Shown here: positions 62,645 to 64,000 of the stretch, in pieces
How positions within the stretch are numbered: position 1 is the first letter of the stretch
Layout: each line of letters starts with the position of its first letter
Source of the DNA: Candidatus Krumholzibacteriota bacterium
GTDB lineage: Bacteria > Krumholzibacteriota > Krumholzibacteriia > JAJRXK01
DNA: 64,000 nt
NCBI GenBank assembly: GCA_963764625.1
Contig: CAVXTH010000009.1
Coordinates: 416,001 to 480,000 of the forward strand
Direction: 5' to 3'
Notes under the pieces: model-generated
Told to the model about the DNA's origin: nothing
The model's database searches: none
Seen by the model: the letters and a program-made list of their open reading frames with translations, nothing else
Translations under genes and position numbers: made by a program

Positions 62645-63389
62645 TCGGATTGATTCCCAACAGGCGTCGCACTTCGTCACGGTACTCATCGTCGGTGGCG
62701 GTCAGCATCTTCAATCGTTCCAGCACAATGGCGCGAAAAGTCCGCCGCGCCAACGCGAGATAGTTGGTCACGTCGGTCTGGCGCAGGCCGAATTGCTCGG
62801 CGAGGTCGGCGTAGGACAACCGCAGCGACTGCTCGACCCGATCGATGTCGTACCTTTCAAACAAACGATAGTACACCTCTTTCCCCTGCTGCATGAGCGT
62901 TTCCTTCAGTTGTACCAGAGACGAATCGAACAGCGCCCGCGTCAACTCGATTTCAAACTGCTGCTCGGCCGACGTGCCGCCGGAGGCAAATCGTTCCAGC
63001 TCCCGTTCGGCAACCGTATAGTCGAGCGAGACAACCTCGAGGTCGCCGCCCCGTTTCTGTCGCGAGGCCGCTTTCAGTTCGTTGTTCATCATTCGGTCGA
63101 GGACCGTTCGCAGGTAGGTGCGGAAGCGCGCTTTCGACGGATCGAAGTCGGCCAGGAATTCCTTTTCGATCACGCGGGCAAAAAACTCCTGCGTCAGATC
63201 ACGGGCGTCGTCGCCGCTCCTCTGCCATTTCAACCTGATGTACTTGTACACTGGCTTCCAGTAGACATCGACCAGCGCATGCAGCGCCCGCCGCCGCACA
63301 TCGCGTTCACCGCTGCCGAGCGCCCGGATGGCGGAATAGCGAGTCGGTGGAAACCGGTCGGATCGGTCATGATGTAGGCTGTCGATCAT
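62637..63389 (-). CDS. ECF sigma factor, kinase-associated type
   Basis: FPPTRYS, YWKPVYKYIR, DARDLTQEFF, ARFRTYL, KRGG and region 4 SYADLAEQFG. Confidence 0.88.
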   Translation of the reverse strand: MIDSLHHDRSDRFPPTRYSAIRALGSGERDVRRRALHALVDVYWKPVYKYIRLKWQRSGDDARDLTQEFFARVIEKEFLADFDPSKARFRTYLRTVLDRMMNNELKAASRQKRGGDLEVVSLDYTVAERELERFASGGTSAEQQFEIELTRALFDSSLVQLKETLMQQGKEVYYRLFERYDIDRVEQSLRLSYADLAEQFGLRQTDVTNYLALARRTFRAIVLERLKMLTATDDEYRDEVRRLLGINPNE

Positions 63390-63409
63390 CGCGTGCGCCA
63401 CTTTCGCTT

Positions 63410-63489
63410 ACGGATAGTGGATTGTATACGGTGCTTCGGTTTAAGAGCGACGGATAGTGGATTGTATAGGGTACTTCGGCCGAAAAGCG
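63410..63489 (+). repeat. Tandem 2 x 40-bp imperfect repeat of the element end
   Basis: ACGGATAGTGGATTGTATAcGGTgCTTCGGtttAgAGCG-like unit followed by ACGGATAGTGGATTGTATAgGGTaCTTCGGccgAAAAGCG. Confidence 0.92.
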
Positions 63490-63800
63490 AGCCTCGACCT
63501 TTGAAACGGGTGCTCTTTACGCTGTGTTCTCGGTGCGATGATCACCATGAGGATTGATCGTCGATCCGCGACTCACCCTACCGCAACTCTGTTCGCCCGA
63601 CATGCGCCCACCAGAGCGGCTTCCACCTATCCTCGTGCGGGTCGTTGCCGCCGATCCGTGCCAGGTGTCTGAGAATCCGGTCCACCACCGCTGCTTCGTC
63701 GATCACCGACACGATCTTCATGGTTCCCCCGCACTGCGGGCAGAGCATGGGGTCCAGCTCGAAGATCCTGCGCAGCAGGCGTGCCCAGCTGCGGCTGCGC
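63450..63800 (+). repeat. 351-bp direct repeat, copy 2 (pairs with 59989-60339)
   Basis: Same ungapped alignment as copy 1. Confidence 0.95.
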
Positions 63801-63882
63801 GCAGTGGAGGGTGCCCTGGCGATCGTCGCGTCCTGGGGGTTGGCTCTTGCCCCTCGGGCCCGGTGCGAGTACCAGCCGTAAT

Positions 63883-64000
63883 GCGAATGTGCTGGGTGGG
63901 GTGTTGTTCGGCGTCGGCATCGCGCTTCTGATCGAACGATTCAGGCCGCCGTTTCGAATCGTGGGACTGGGACTCGGCGGGGCGGTGAGCATCAACCTCT
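63883..64000 (+). pseudogene. 5'-truncated membrane-protein gene fragment
   Basis: Reads ANVLGGVLFGVGIALLIERFRPPFRIVGLGLGGAVSINL starting right at the element boundary, with no start codon or SD of its own evident. Confidence 0.45.

Larger units (their letters stand above)
63410..63880 (-). mobile_element. IS91/ISCR-like transposase C-terminal remnant with duplicated ori-like end, copy 2
   Basis: Minus strand encodes YGWYSHRARGAR...RSRSWARLLRRIFELDPMLCPQCGGTMKIV...RILRHL; the end motif occurs twice (63410 and 63450). Confidence 0.82.

Noticed and set aside
59989-63800. Repeats interpreted as a CRISPR array or integron attC sites
   Set aside because: Only two long copies plus one 40-bp unit, no unique spacers of regular length, no RYYYAAC/GTTRRRY boxes, and no cas or intI gene; the repeat encodes a transposase tail.

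Overview
GC-rich bacterial chromosomal window, gene-dense, about 55 genes. Three protein features suggest an FCB-superphylum candidate lineage such as Krumholzibacteriota, Eisenbacteria or Latescibacterota (inference only): a FlgD-Ig/T9SS-like C-terminal domain, a 'TVAAHSTGFGGLKARFR' tail, and 'GCGxxxPT' lipoproteins. Positions 1-54.4 kb are mostly core metabolism: cydAB, a HutH-like lyase, gpmA, YdeP-like molybdoenzyme, globin, a CtaA-CtaB fusion with DUF420 and SCO, aconitase, egtB, rpiB-tal-nptA-phoU, nrtR-nadA with a NrtR box, MEMO-like and AmmeMemoRadiSam radical SAM genes, a GntR-ABC operon, arcC-thiD and CBS-korAB-CBS. Positions 54.4-64 kb look accessory, with four tandem lipoprotein genes followed by an ECF sigma / Ser-Thr kinase / membrane protein / YCII-SRPBCC module. 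That module is bracketed by two ~96% identical 351-bp direct repeats, each an IS91/ISCR-like (Y2) transposase C-terminal remnant with an ori-like end; the right copy has an extra 40-bp duplicated end. This non-autonomous rolling-circle cassette architecture is the most striking feature. Other notable points are an Ala-Cys-Gly (not Ala-Ser-Gly) MIO tripeptide, a heme A synthase domain lacking the conserved Glu, and a candidate structured RNA. Six single-base frameshifts are probably assembly errors. No tRNA, rRNA or CRISPR array was recognised.
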